DNA of 63,872 bases, counting the filler, from Sphacelaria rigidula (Eukaryota), in assembly GCA_964200075.2 (NCBI GenBank). It is 11 parts of 11 records of this genome, joined end to end, with 100 filler letters (N's around TTAATTAATTAA, not from the genome) between each part and the next. Parts side by side here need not be neighbours in the genome. Positions count along the whole stretch, not along the records: positions 23,265 to 28,980 come from CAXNAA020025022.1; positions 29,081 to 34,796 come from CAXNAA020025023.1; positions 34,897 to 40,612 come from CAXNAA020025024.1; 8 more parts are not named here. The stretch is one strand, 5' to 3'. The position numbers and the translations under genes are program-made. Shown one piece after another: positions 25,950 to 39,494 of the stretch (position 1 is the stretch's first letter; every line of letters starts with the position of its first letter). A model generated the notes under the pieces. It had not been told where the DNA came from. It saw nothing but the letters and a program-made list of their open reading frames with translations, and searched no databases.

Positions 25950-27700
25950 AATGTTGAACCTCAAAAACGAATCTAGGCTGTTATATTGCGTCTCAGCGTT
26001 CCAGTGTGGTACTTTGAAAATCTGTATGGAGAACCGGTAGATCATAATAATGGAAAAATGACTTTTTTTCCCCTGTGTTTCATTTTTCTTCTCTTTTTCC
26101 CTTTTTTTCCCTTTTTTCCCTTTTTTCCCCCTTGTTTCCCTTTTTGGGCGAGTTTCGAGGAGAAATGAACATTGATCTTGAAAATCATTTCAGGTTTTCG
26201 GCTAAATTTTCACGATTGTGAGTTGAAACCTAGCATGGAGAACCATACAGGTATGCTGAATAGGATGAAAACAAAACTATGGGCGTTCGATTTCTGTTTT
26301 CTAGAGATTTGGACGTTCTTGTTGAAAAGTGGTCTCCACTCTACTCAAACGCCCTCAACCAGTGGGAAGAAGAAGTAACACCAAACGGCCCCACTCATTT
26401 GGCTTCATCAAGCCCTAGCAAGGTCCCACACCAAATGTCAACACAGAAGCACAAAACGTGGGCCTGTAAGTGGCCTGCAAAGTACAGTTCCGAATTTCCA
26501 TCGACCCGCTTACTAAACGGCCTATGCTCACCTCATTTTAGAGTTGGACCCTAAAATTTGGTATGCACAATGAAAAGGGCATACACAGAAAAGAAAAGCC
26601 GCACCCAAAGATGTTGCCTATATCTTCATGGTTTTGAAGCCATAGTCACCTTTCAGACTTCAGTAGTAAAATGGCCTTATATCACGACATGTATATATAT
26701 ATGTATATGTCTTTGGGTCCGGCATTTTGTTTGTGTACTGTTTGTCCTACTTATTCCCCATAACAAATTTCAGGGGCCAACTCTCAATATTGAGGTGAGA
26801 ATGGGCCTCCAAACCAAAAACCCGCTTCTAGACTCGCCCAGCTCGTAAGACCATTGACCTCGCATCCCTACAAAGCCGGGACGGAGAACGCCGGGTTTTT
26901 GCCAGGGGGTGCGGCCATATGTCCTGGACACAGACGAGTAGGACCATGATCCGCACATTATATTAACCGTATAATCAAGCCGAAGGGGCCCATCCGCTCA
27001 GAAGCCTGGGTTATTTTTTGTCGATTGTTACCGTACGGAAATAGCGCTATATTCATTATTTTATCATGTATTCTGTTATTTGTTGCACTTTGAACCCCCC
27101 TCCATCCCTCGGGACGAGTCCGAGGGATCAACCCATCTGTCCCCAGTGCTATACTAGAGTTAAAATGAAACCCCGAACGATATGCACAGCGGATGATGAC
27201 GAGTTTCGGTCTGGATATTTCCCGAAGCACGGGGAATGTATGGATATAGGGTAACTCACGTGATTCGTGATCTATCTGTCTCGAGATATGAGGCACATTA
27301 GATTATATACTGAAATCAGTACATTATGAGCAGAGGCACTAGATGCCCTAAACCTGGATATCGCGTCTCAGTTTTTGACAGTTGTATATCGTTATGAAAT
27401 TTCGTGTGGAAAACCGCTAGTTCATACTAGAATTGAAGAAAACAACTTTTTCAATATTCATTCGTTATGTTTCATTTATTTTCGTATTTTCAGGGTAGTT
27501 TTGAGGAGAAATGAACATTGCACTCGGGCCTTATCCCCATTTTTTGCTTCATACGTATAATTGTGATCTAAAACTCAGCATGGAGAACCACAGAGGTATG
27601 CGAAAAAACAATGAGCCTTCACTTGTTTTTGTAGAGGTCGGGGCGTTCTCGTAAAAAATGGTCGTCACCGTTCTAGAACGCCCTAAACCAGTAAAAATAT
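25950..27700 (+). repeat. Two diverged copies (about 25950-26360 and 27340-27700) of a dispersed repeat; related piece at about 58250-58290
   Basis: Shared gaggagaaatgaacattg, agcatggagaacca.a.aggtatgc and tgttgaacctcaaaaacg.atc.aggctgtt. Confidence 0.6.
26540..26784. mobile_element. 245-bp MITE; related terminus near 6978
   Basis: TIRs AGAGTTGGACCCTAAAATTTGGTATG / CATAACAAATTTCAGGGGCCAACTCT. Confidence 0.75.
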
Positions 27701-29653
27701 ATATATTAGTAAATACCTGACCCACTGCGACCACGGGTTCAAGATATGGCGCGAATGCGACGAAGGGGCTGGACGGACACATGTCATGCAATGGACGGCG
27801 AATGGGAGATATGTTCACCAAACCGTGCACTACTGTTGAAGCGGAACTCGTTTTGTGAAGTACATGGGATGGGTCTGTAATCCCAAACACCGCCGAGCAT
27901 GGTGCGAGGCCTTCGAGGGGATTTAGAGGAAACAGTAGTGAGCCCGGACGAACTGAACTGCAGTGGGAGCTATAGTCAGGAGAGCCAACTTCCCTGGAGG
28001 GTCGAGCACCCTCAGAGGTGAGGGAAGGAGTGCGAAAAAAAACTGAATCCTACATTGTATCACTCACCGCGGGTGTGGTGCTAGCCCCCTTTGTGACAGA
28101 CATCGGCAACATGCATGTGTTTCGGGTGCAGGTTAGCTCCTGATCCCAGCCGCCCAACACTTCCGTTCTGCATGCGTGCTGAATAGTTCAGTCAGCTGTC
28201 GCTTAATTATTCAATTTGAAGTGAGCTTTGCATTATTACTTCTAGGTCGTAATATAAGACGGGCCTGTGGACAGAAGCTGTGACTGATCTAGCCCGGACA
28301 GGCATGAAATTACGGTGAATGATTTTACGTCTCCTACAGTCATTATAGCAACTGCCAAGAAATGCTCCATATGGCGTGACTCTTCACCAGACACGCTGAC
28401 AGACTTTCGGCTTCAGCTTTTCAGATTCGATCGTCGTGTGAGGTTTTATTTTGTTGCGGGTCTGATCAGAGAAACGTTCAACTGTATTTTCTTCAAACGC
28501 TGCCCATGTTGGACAGTTCATGAGCTACCTGGATAGTACTTATCATTAGAGTACTGATGCCGATCATGACCTAGCTCATTTGGCCACTGTTTCCGTATCA
28601 GCTCCCGACAGCGATGGAGGCCGAGCACACGGTGTAGCAGGAAGGTGACGCTTTGACTTTTCGGATGTTGCCGTCGTGTGTTTTGTGTTTGGCACAGTGA
28701 ATCTGACAGTTCTCTTTGATGAGTTCTTTCAGTTACCTCATGGGCTATCCGACGTGTGAAACGTTGTACTGCGTTGCTTCCAAAAATGTCGTTGAGACTT
28801 GTACAGCTGTACGAAGGGACCGCACAGGGGGTCTGACAGACTGTAAGACATTATACACCACCCTCGATTCCCGCAAATCTCATTCTTGGCGACGGGGGAG
28901 GGGGGGGGGGGGGGGGTACTCTTTTTTTGCTTGCCTTTGTCTTTTTTCCTTTGGCCACGCCTCCCTTTCCAGACGGAGCANNNNNNNNNNNNNNNNNNNN
29001 NNNNNNNNNNNNNNNNNNNNNNNNTTAATTAATTAANNNNNNNNNNNNNNNNNNNNNNNNNNNNNNNNNNNNNNNNNNNNGATTGAGTGCGAGCCTGGTC
29101 CGGTGAAAGCCCGACGTGCTCCGTTCCGGCTTTGTAGGGATGCGAGGTCAATGGTCCATGCATGATGATGAGTACAACCTCTCCCCTTCCCTCCCCGCCG
29201 AGAAAAGTGGATGTTTGAGGATGCAAAATATTCATGTGAATGGCTGACAAAAGCCGATAACACCGAGCAGATGGGAGCTCCCTTGCTCGGGATCGTCTTC
29301 GCCAATGCCGTCCATCTGAGGCCCTTCATGCTGTGTGACTCCAGCCATCATGCGCTGTGTGGCCGTGCTCCTTGTCACAGTTTTGGGCCGGGTTGGGGTG
29401 AGGTTCCTGCAGCATCACTCTTTTGCAACATCAACGTATCCGCAACTATCCGCAACGACCACTTGTAATCCGCAACGACCACTCTGAGTTACTTGTAATC
29501 CGCAGCGATCACTCCAAGTTAGTTGTGAAATCGAGAGTACTGTTGCAGGTCCAGATCCAAGAAGGTCGATTTGTGCACAGGTTCAAAAATACGCCGTGGG
29601 CAACAGAGGCCACACTCCTAATTGGCAAAAAACAAAAAACAGCCCTGAAGAAA

Positions 29654-30039
29654 TGCTTGCCTGGTCCTTCTTCGTCATTTTATGCCATAATAGAGAGCTA
29701 GTCGGAGTTCGATAACTTGAAATGACTTGCTCTACCCGTTGAGACGGTTCCAGGACATGTTCACGTTTTACGATGGCCGCAGTTTTCATGTTGGCCAAAT
29801 TGAATTTTTTGTCCAAGAACGGTCAAGAACCATCAAATCTACAAAAAACTGTTACTTATCTCTGAACGTGACCGTCGCTGGACGAAAATGCTTGTTTAGC
29901 CAAAATAAAAGCTGTGGCCACATGAAAACGCGGAGATGTCCGGGAACCGTCCTAACGAGTAGAGGAAGTCGCCTGAGGGTATCAAACTCCGCCTAGCCCT
30001 TTTTTGGGTGTAAAATGACGAAGAAGGACCAAATTAGCA
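29654..30039. mobile_element. Long-TIR MITE; related shorter element at 52546-52778
   Basis: About 100-bp inverted arms (tggtccttcttcgtcatttta... / ...taaaatgacgaagaaggacca). The block aatgactt.ctctac.cgttgagac.gtt is shared with the 52.6-kb element. Confidence 0.75.
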
Positions 30040-30139
30040 CGTTTACGGGGTGTTTTTTCACCATAAGGAGCGGCCTCAAAAGGATGACATATCTGTGTGT
30101 TGTGTTGTGTGAGCATCCCACCTAGAGGATGATATACTT

Positions 30140-30420
30140 GTGTGTTGTGTTATCATCCCATTTATTCTGGATGCCAGTCTACACCTTTCGGTAAATGCGG
30201 GCGCACCAGCCGGGATCGCACAGGAGGGAGGCCAGCACGGGAGTTTTTGTTCATCTGCTCAAGTTCTCCACCTTCCTTCTGCGGTGCTTGCCTCATTTTC
30301 CATCGCGAGAGAGGTGCAGCAGTTCCTTTCCCTCGCCGACCGTCAAGTCGAATTCTCGCGTACCCACGACATAGTCGCTCTTCACTGCTGGGCATTGTGT
30401 GAGAAGAAATCCCAGATCGT
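30140..30420 (-). mobile_element. Body and (CA)-rich tail of a tRNA-derived SINE; other pieces at 40465-40612, 40713-40785 and 52343-52490
   Basis: Shared cccatttattctgg...gggcgcaccagccggg.tc.cacaggagg...ccttccttctgcggtgctt...aagtcgaat...tacccacgacatagtcgctct. Three contig ends fall inside this family. Confidence 0.8.
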
Positions 30421-32839
30421 GTAGCTGCGTTTTTTGTCAAGACCATAGTGGTGGCGCTAAGAGCGAAAAAACGGGTCGAAAAGGTACCTCGACCAATCAA
30501 CGGTCGTGAAATTATTATGAGCTGAAAAAAATGCGAAATCCAAACCCAATTCAATACAACCATTGCATGTTTTGCATTGTAGGTAACCGACATCAGCTTA
30601 AGAACCTAATTGAACAAAACAAATTTGAAAACGGTTCCCATGGGATCAAATTATCTTCCAAACTGTGATATTTCGGTAATGCGGCGTTTTGGCGTCGTCG
30701 GATTTCCACTGATTGTGCGCACCAAATTCCCCACAAAGGCTCCCGACGGGTTTCCTTATATCTGTCGTGGGAAAGCTCCGACCGCCCTCAAACTTGGAGA
30801 TTCATTAGGTATCAATGCCCCGAAAAGAAAAACATCGCAATAATTTCAAAGTTGCTGTGCCCTTTACCGGCTGCCGGGGGTACCCGCGTGAAGACCCCCG
30901 GAAGCCGGTGCAGAATGCCTAGAAACAAAATTTATGTGAGTTGTTTATCCCAGTGAGGTCCAAGTGGCATTTGTACGAGGTGTCGTCGCGATGACCTACT
31001 TCATTTTCTGATCTCGCCACTTCCAGAGACAGCCGCGGGTTAGTTACACCCTGCCTCATGGGTGTCTCACCAAACAAACGCTACGTAGTACGACCATCCC
31101 CTTTGCACGGATTTCGGGTTCTCTACCCCGCACAACATAGCTCGACCACCATCATGGTTACCGTAAAAAAGAAACACAGGCAGAAGGAAAGAAAAAATAG
31201 GTAACCTGGGTGCCTAGCTTACGCAGTGAGTGGCGTGTTCTACAGCGTCATTGCCAACCAGCATCAACCCCCAAAAGGGAGAGACAGCGGTTGGGGAGGG
31301 GGGGGGAATGCATAATATGGTCGGGGTTCCACGGAAGAGGGTCAACACGACCGGTTGCAGCGCAGGAATGCACGCGAAACAACATGTCCGACAACCAACA
31401 GTAAGCCGCAAGGTACCGGTGACCCCCGTGGGACAATCAACAACAATAGCAAGTCGGGTTCAAAACCTCGACGGATGCCAGTATTCCGACCGGAGAGTCT
31501 GGTCCCTGCCGTTGAAATATCCGAGGAGAGCCAACGGGGTGCTTCGGGAGCGCGCTGATTGAAATCCTCGTCCTCGATAACGAAACCGGAGATATTGGTG
31601 GATTCGATATCCCGAGACTCACAGTAGTTTTCATCTGAAACAGGGGATTTTCGTACTTTTTTCGTAGTCGGGGAAATTCAAAAATGTTTTCGCGTGCCAC
31701 CGCTCATACCAGTGAACGTTTGATCCCAAATTTTGGGGATCGGGAGAAACTAGGCATGCCCTCCACATTCCGAAATAAAATCACATCTGCGCCCATTATT
31801 GAACAATTCGCCGGCGGACCGGTTTTCGGAGGGTTCTGTAGATTAGTCCACGGTTTTCGGGGGTTCAGGTGCATGAAGAGCTGCAGGTTAGTGAATGATG
31901 TTAGATCATGAGATATTCTCTGTATGATAGTATAACCATGACTGCCTGACATTTTATGTGTCCACGGAGGTGCAACAGATCACTTCCGATAACGAATACT
32001 GTGTTTTGTGAACAACATCTGTCTTGAAGTCTCCAAGTCCTAGTGAGGGAGGAAGCCCTCGGAGCAGTCTTGTGGCCTTGTTCTGAGCCCAGGAGGGGTC
32101 TATAGTTCTGAGATGACTCAACCCCAGGTTATATATATTTTCTTCATTGAAGCAATCACAATCATTTTCATGAACAAATGATGAGTTCTTTTTTATATAT
32201 AATTCCTACATAGTTATTGGGCTGGAACCGAAAAACTGTGTTTGTTGGACCAATGACGGTCGATAACACCCTCTGATGAATAAGGTACTTACTCCGCATC
32301 ACCCCCACAACACTAATTGAGGATTGTGTTCTGAGCATGACCTGCTTCTTTTCCCAATATCTGTCGACGCTGAGATTCCCAAGAACAAAAGTACCCAAGA
32401 ACGAAAATTTCTCAAACGAGCTCTACATACACCGCACAGGCGGGGGTGAACCAATTCCAACCACTCTCATGAATGATTTTACGGACCCTTACTATTTTCT
32501 TCTACCTATTCATTGCGCTAGAACGGCAAGGAAATGTATTTTGGACCCAAAACGGTCAATAACACCCCCTATCAATTCAGCTCGTAAGTCGTTGATTATT
32601 GAGCACAGGGACGACTTTTGTTTCGGATGTGGAGTGGATGCCTAGTATCTCCCGACTCCCCAACGTTGGGATCAACCGCTCGGTGTAACGAGCTGTGGCA
32701 CACGAAAAAATCTGAAAAACCGTCGATGATAAAAAAATTACAATAATCTCCTATTTCAGATGAAAACCATTATTGAACACCATGACGAGCCCATCCCAAG
32801 AAAGGGGAGACGGACAAAGGGCGTATCTTAGCACATGGG

Positions 32840-32985
32840 TTTTCGATCGAAAAAGTGCGGTGGAAAACAAAAATCCTGGTCTGATAGGTCGTAATTTCAA
32901 CCATCGTCATCTATTTGAAGATAGTTGAAACCATGACCTATCAGATCAGAATTTTTGTTTTCCACCCCACATTTTCGATCGAAAA
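32840..32985. mobile_element. ~145-bp hairpin MITE bounded by TTTTCGATCGAAAA palindromes
   Basis: gtggaaaacaaaaat..tg.tctgataggtc pairs with gacctatcagatcagaatttttgttttccac. Confidence 0.8.
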
Positions 32986-34424
32986 AAAAAGTGCGAAGAC
33001 AGGCCCTAACAAAAAAGTGATGACCAAAAAAAGAAAAGAAATTACATCAACAAATTATGCGACTACGAGTGAAGAATTATTCGAGAAAAAATGCCGCGGT
33101 ATATATACATACATCATACACACATATGGTCCTTTGTCGTCGGCCGTCACGAATAAATAAATGAAAAAAAATACTGTCACTACATGTACGAGCTGGGCCA
33201 GCGGAGACACCCGCACTCCCGTGGGCAAACAATAAGTTTCCTTTATTTTTTTCAATTCCCCGAATGAGCCCTATGTAAGTGTATCTCCGTGAAAACTTGC
33301 GTGCCAACCTGCTGATTCGTGCTCTGCCGCTGAAAAAAAAGTTAAAAAAAAAAGTAAAAGGAATACAAGTGCGTAATGAATGACCTCAACGGCAACAAGA
33401 TTGTGTTGAAAACAATAAAAACTTTTTGGGGGACTCGAACTCGTTACGATCCACCTCCTCCTTTTTTTTTCGTTTGAAGGAAGGAATAAACCTCACACCC
33501 CAGCAATCCCCCGCAAACGAGTTCGTGTGCCGATCACCAGGAGGCTCGGCTAGACCGCCTCGCGGCAGTCATATGGGGTAGGCGCCTCGAGTGTTGGAAA
33601 CAATTTACTCAACGCAACGTGGGGGTTGAACCCACTGAACCCCCTGTCAAGTTGGCGTAGTGCTCGCGCCACCCTACTGTTATGAGCTTTGACCCTAGCA
33701 GCGCTCCGCCTTGACTGCAGTCTGTGTGCCAGCTAAACCACCGGATGCAGTGGCGTCACACAAAAGGTGACATGTCCTGCTCAATTTAAGAAGCTTCAAG
33801 CTGAAATATTAGCAGGGTCTTTTTTGCGCGCAAGTAAAAAATCATCAACGTGTACGAGTAAGAAGCCACTATTATTTTTTTTTCAATCAAGTTGTGAAAT
33901 TTTATTTTGTTTTCTGTCACGATTTTCCAATCGCCCAAACCTTTTGGTTTCCTTTCATGTGTTTTTCCTTTGGCTACTTTTTCCTGCCACTTTCCTTGCG
34001 TTGATGATATTGATGATGTATTCAAAAATATCTCGTGCCAAACTTTCAGCCCCTTAGCTCCACGAATCAAGCCGAGGCAAAATTGTTTCAACCCCCGGAA
34101 AAAAATCTTAGTTGGCCCAGCTCGTATTGTTGTATCAACGGAATCGCTCACAGTCGTCTTTCCAATGAGCGACACGGAGGCGGAGAGATACAAAAGACAG
34201 AAAGGCAAGAGACAGAGACGGGAGACAAGAGACAGAAATGGGATTCAAGTTATAGGAGTAGTGATTTTTCCACGGAAAAAAGTCGAAAACATCTCCGTGT
34301 GTACGCTTCTCCTCCGAAAAACAAACACACGGACGCTAACTGCTGTGTCACTAGGCCTATCCCTCCCTACCAAGCGTTTGCATCTTTTTTCCTCTACTTG
34401 CTCACATTTCCAACCCCTCCGCTT

Positions 34425-34552
34425 CCTCGGGACGAGCCCGTGGTCTCAAGGGATGATGGATCAACCAACCATCTCTCCCCCGACACATGCCTTGCATTTG
34501 TCATCGCGGATGGGATCAGCACTCCCGGACCGCATCGACTTTCGCCAAATAC
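34425..34552 (+). repeat. Dispersed repeat; reverse-complement copy at about 48055-48172, fragment near 27108
   Basis: Shared tcgggacgag.ccgt.gtctcaagggat...catgccttgcat...tcagcactcccg.accgc.tc.actt. Confidence 0.75.
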
Positions 34553-34723
34553 ACTACTTGTTACCACGTGGACCATTTCTCACGGTTGGTATTTGGGGGA
34601 TGGGGCATATTTACCACTTTTGGCACATTCGACATGACTTTCGGATCCCAAACAGGAAAATTCACCGTCACGCGTCTTGGAAACTTTCCCTCACCCCAGC
34701 GAGAGGAATCTATCCCACATATC

Positions 34724-34796
34724 GCCGCGCCCCGGTGGTGTAATGGTCCGAAGTTCGCCATTAGGGTGGAGAGAACGGGGGTTCGATTCCCGATGC
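34724..34796 (+). mobile_element. tRNA-like SINE head (Pol III A/B boxes); diverged copy at about 47899-47980
   Basis: A-box-like ggtggtgtaatggt and B-box gggttcgattccc, with no closing acceptor stem. A paralog lies in another contig. Confidence 0.6.
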
Positions 34797-35131
34797 NNNN
34801 NNNNNNNNNNNNNNNNNNNNNNNNNNNNNNNNNNNNNNNNTTAATTAATTAANNNNNNNNNNNNNNNNNNNNNNNNNNNNNNNNNNNNNNNNNNNNTCTC
34901 GGAGTAATCTGTAGTCAGTCTCGAATAAATCTCTTGCCTGGCCAGGTTGGGGAATCTGCTTTCACATTTTTTGGGGAGGATTCCCCCCCCCCCCCCCAAA
35001 AAAAAGTCGGATATTTCCTCTGAAACATGTTCCAGTGAATAATATTCCTTAGAGTCGTGTACGATGTATCCAATGCGAACATGGGAATGTCGACGAGATA
35101 CTACGTATCCCAAAATCATCGCGGTGGAGGG

Positions 35132-35475
35132 TTTCAAGGGCAGGCCGAGTAGAGTATACTCAATACTTGGTATTTTCGAAAAGTCGTACTTGTAGTACTC
35201 AATATTTGAGTCGAGTATTTGAGGTCGTACTCAACCTGTTCAAAAAATTGAGTAGAGTATTAAGGTGATACCCAAGTGATACTCTACACTCAAGTATTAC
35301 TGAGAGTGCATACTCAATATTTGAGTCGAGTATTGGAGGTCGTACTCGATCTACTCAAAATTTCAGGAAGTATGTGAGGCCGTACTCGACCTACTCAAAA
35401 TTTGAGTAGAGTAAATACTAGGGCATTTTACTCGAGTACTCGAAAATACATACTCCACTCGACCTGCCTTTGAAA
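35132..35475. mobile_element. ~345-bp MITE filled with GAGTA/TACTC sub-repeats
   Basis: TIRs tttcaagggcaggccgagtagagtat / atactccactcgacctgcctttgaaa. Internal repeats such as tactcaatatttgagtcgagtatt.gaggtcgtactc. Confidence 0.8.
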
Positions 35476-35553
35476 GGCTCAAGTCTTTCGATACTGTGCA
35501 GCAGACCTGATCTAGTAATAGACCGTCCTTCTCTCATAGGATGAGTCTTGACG

Positions 35554-35642
35554 GCAGGGGTATATCAAAATCGAAGTTACCGGTATATTTATATTAATTT
35601 CCTATTGAATGTACCGGAGACCTCGATTTTGATATACCTCTT
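35554..35642. repeat. ~90-bp hairpin (mini-MITE)
   Basis: ggtatatcaaaatcga.gt..ccggta / taccgg.gacctcgattttgatatacc. Confidence 0.7.
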
Positions 35643-38559
35643 CTGTAGTATTTCCCCCAAGCTACGATAGCCTCTATCTAGGCGGGGCTGTCAGCGGATA
35701 TTTTTTTCTGAAATGCGGCGTCGCGCCGCATGGATTGAGCCTTCTAATGCCTTGTCTATCCATCTGTTGAATAGACGTTTTTTTAACCTAGTAAATGCCT
35801 GTCACCCACTCTTTTCCATCTGGATGCAGTCGAAGGAGACCATTTCAGCGCCAAGCCTCTTTTTGATACAATTTTTTGGCTGTTGGGGAGTTTCCGGGGG
35901 GGAGGGGCGGGGGTTGAGTAGTACTGAGAATTGTAGCATTAATAGCAAGGAAAACAACCTCTTTGACCACGAAAAGCTTGGCACTTTTACATCGGGAGCA
36001 GCCAGTCCTTGACGAAACTCAACACACCGAGTGATCCACTGGCGTACGTGGGCTCAAATAGACAGCTTTCCTGTGACTGCCGTACCGTAGTGGTTTCAAC
36101 TGGATCTTCACTGATTGAAAAAATATACTCCCCACAGTAGTATTTGTTCCACTTTGCCTCCAAAACACCCATGGCTGGTAATAGTTGATTCAAGTGTGAA
36201 CACCGAGATTCGGATCTTCAGAGGGGCTGACAAGTTTGAGTGCTTCTAGGGTGCGTAGATCGCGTTTATTGTCCAACCCGGCACCGCGGTCGCCGCAGTC
36301 GCCGGAGTCGCCGATTTGAGGTCCACCAACGCACACATTGCACAGGGAACCCTATGCTCCCCCCTTGCCTGAGGGTGCTGGGCATGCCTTCGGTTAGAGT
36401 TAGGGCTAGGCTTTTTTCGACAATGAGTCAACTATCGATATTTTGGGACCGAACTGGGACAAGCACACGCCGGGATGGAGTGAAGTTTTGAATTTTCTCA
36501 AGGCAAGAGTATCGCTTACGCTGCGCAAGACCTCAGAATGGTCCACTGTTGATATTGTGTTAAGAGGGATCACTTTCCCTCTGACACTAGACGGCTATTT
36601 GACAGGACGAAATATTTGGGTAAATGTACTCAAAATAGTGTGCGAGAACTCCTGTCACCGTGGCCATCTTGTGGAGTTCAAGTACGTCCTTGCTTTGTAG
36701 CATGTCGTCTATCCACTGTATCCACTGTATCGACTCTATCGACTGCACGTGACCAGTGTGTGCTCGACCTTACTACCACTACAGAGCTGCTTCAGAGTAC
36801 GCAAACAGCTACTACTATCTGGCTACGCCTACGCGTTCTTGACCCTTTTCAGGGCTGTGCTTGACACGTCTTGCGCACAGTAGGGCACAGTAAAACGTGT
36901 TGTGCTGTACTATAGTCAGCACATTTTATCCTGCCATCAGCGGTTACGTACGGTATTACTGTACCGATAGCCTGTGACCGCTCGTGATGGTGCACAGTGT
37001 TTGCTAATGCTTGACTCTCTGCAGTTACTACTCAGCAAGCAAGGCGGCCAGGGCCGAGAAAGCTGCACACGATTGCGCGTCTATTGCGCGCCTTTATTCG
37101 AGTAGCCCAAGTGGCCGTTGATTGTTGTTTGTTGCCACGCTGCGAGAGTGTCGATTTGTTTGGGTCTTCAGGGTAACATGGTGGTGCGTTTCATTGATCT
37201 GCAATAACCCCGTTTTGTGTCTTGAACTGTTTCACGGCTTCTCAAGCGCCAAATGTGCGCGCATTCCCCCCCAGGAGGTACGCCCGTTTTCCAATTCACA
37301 CGTGAGGCTGTGAGTGATGCTACTGTTCCGAGATGAGGCTTTCAGCGAGAGGGGTAACCCTTTGGGTCCACAGTCGCCATTTTGGGTCCACGTGTGCTAC
37401 TCTAGATGCCTATGACACGATTTTGATATCCAAATGATATTACAGTGAAGATTCTCAAAACTTTGTGATCAAAGGTTTAACCCTCGGGCTGCAAGCCTCG
37501 CCTCGGAACATTTCCGTCGGGTGACAGTTACACTTTCACGGCCGGCGTGTATCAGCCTTTACAGGCAGATTCACAGGACCCACGCAGCCCGTCGGCGTTC
37601 ATGGATTATTTTGTCGAGTCAATTCATGTCACGCTTTCCACCACGAAAAACAGTAATAGAAGTCATTACTCTATCATTACTGTAGCTGACGGAATTTGGA
37701 CGCATAACCACAAGTGTGCCCATTTTGGCCGATAGCACTATGTACTAGTGTTACCGTCGGATGACGATTGAATTGCAGTAGTGGGCGGTCTAATTATTTA
37801 GGGGCATTTGGGGCATTTCCTCGCGTACTACTCTTCGATAGAGCTCAAAATTGCTAGCGGCGGTAGGTTTTGGTACAATGAACAGATCATCCTCAAAATA
37901 CAGTGCCCATATCAGTGTCAGGTGGTGTTATCGGGCGAAACGAGAAAATACCCCGTTTATCAGGAGGGTGCCATTGACCGTGAAACACAGTTTTTTCGGC
38001 CCTATTATAGTACAATGAGTAGGCAGGATTTCTAAAAAATAAACTGTGCACTTCTTCATAAATATCATCGGGACAGGCTTGATCGACCGATAATACGGAA
38101 GAGTGAGAATCTGGGCTGAAGCGTGGCAGGACCCCCGGTGACCGGTCAGCCCGTTGGTCACTCAATATTGAGTATATTTGTTTTTTTTTTCTTAGAATGT
38201 GGAGGGGGTACAAATATCTTCAGATCCCCGATATTATGAGCGGTGGCAAGCGAAAAGAGTCCGAGAAAATCGCCAATTACGAGAAAATTACAAAATGCCA
38301 CAAAATGAATAGTTAGACCGCCCACTACTTTCTGTACTGACCGTTGTTACTTCACCCAAAGGACTATATTCCAAAACCGCCCAAAACTGACCCACAACTG
38401 CTTACCTGGGCGCGAAAGAAGCGAGTTGGATGAATGCAACGAACACAGGCAGGCAGGGCGACGTTTTTTACGGTACGAGTATCGAGTCATGCAAACGCAC
38501 ACCAAGAGCTTGCTGCCATTTGTCTGCTTCGTCGGTCGTTTCGGTGTCACGTCGTGCAG

Positions 38560-38650
38560 GGGGCAGCTGGGGCTAGGCTTCGCCAGTGAGTACAGCTCTG
38601 CCCCACAGAGAGTGGCGTTTCAGCTCGAACCAGGCCAGCGCATCATTGAG
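38560..38650 (+). CDS. Exon of an RCC1-repeat protein
   Basis: cag|G GQLGLGFASEYSSAPQRVAFQLEPGQRIIE|gtacgc, containing the GQLGLG...P motif. Confidence 0.85.
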
Positions 38651-39228
38651 GTACGCGCGCATCACACCTTGTTGAAGTGTATTCCGTGTTAACTGTCAAC
38701 TGACACATTCGATCTTGAAGCGTATTCCGTGTGAATTATAAAGTTGAAAACGAAGTGCGGCAGGCAAACGGACGTCTGGAAAGGCACGGACAGTGATGTA
38801 CGACGCCCTGTCTTGAGCGTTTCGGGCACGCTGTATATGGAATGATTCGCTTACTTGATCCACAACACTGAGTCTTGACATTTCATGTCCATAAGATTGC
38901 GATGCGGCAGTCTATCGGTCGAGGATATACATGATCTAAGTGTTCCCCGAGGGGTACCGGGGCTGACCCAAATCAAACTTCAATCCATGAGGGAGAGTGC
39001 TTGCTGGCATGTTGGGATATTTTTGTCAAGGAATGGGACTTGGTGTTTTTGCATGATGAAGAGGTCGTTAAAAAACTGTTGTCGACGCTCCACCGTTGGG
39101 GAGGGGTTATGTATGCTGATGAGACGTGACTATCGCCATTGGATATGTTTGGGTTGAGGAGCACAGGTGATGATACGGATTTGCTGGCTTGTTCAACTGT
39201 TTGGTTACCGGGTGCATTAACAATGCAG

Positions 39229-39328
39229 ATATTCGGTGGCTATGAACATACCTTCGCTCTCACGTCCGACGGTGATGTGCTAGCTTTTGGAAACGGTCTC
39301 AAGGGGCAACTCGGCATTGGCAACACAG
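39229..39328 (+). CDS. Next exon of the RCC1-repeat protein
   Basis: cag|IFGGYEHTFALTSDGDVLAFGNGLKGQLGIGNT G|gtactg, a canonical RCC1 repeat in phase with the previous exon. Confidence 0.9.
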
Positions 39329-39461
39329 GTACTGTACTGTACTGCTCAGTAGTGTACTGGGTCACACGCGTCTGACTATTGCCAGCCAGCTACGTATTTT
39401 CTGCGCAACGATGCACGTGCCCTATTGGATGTTTCGAAACATGCGAGTGTCCCTTGCTATA

Positions 39462-39494
<33 letters not shown>
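39462..39494 (+). repeat. (TAC)n microsatellite
   Basis: About 11 consecutive TAC units. Confidence 0.95.

Noticed and set aside
33907..34743. 278-aa ORF as a gene
   Set aside because: It has no recognisable motif and runs through dispersed repeat sequence shared with 48055-48172.
34724..34796. Functional tRNA gene
   Set aside because: A and B boxes are present, but there is no convincing acceptor or anticodon stem, and a diverged paralog near 47900 indicates a SINE head.
36084..36172. Possible minus-strand first exon MGVLEAKWNKYYCGEYIFSISEDPVETTT
   Set aside because: The splice-like boundaries are plausible, but there is no recognisable homology or partner exon.
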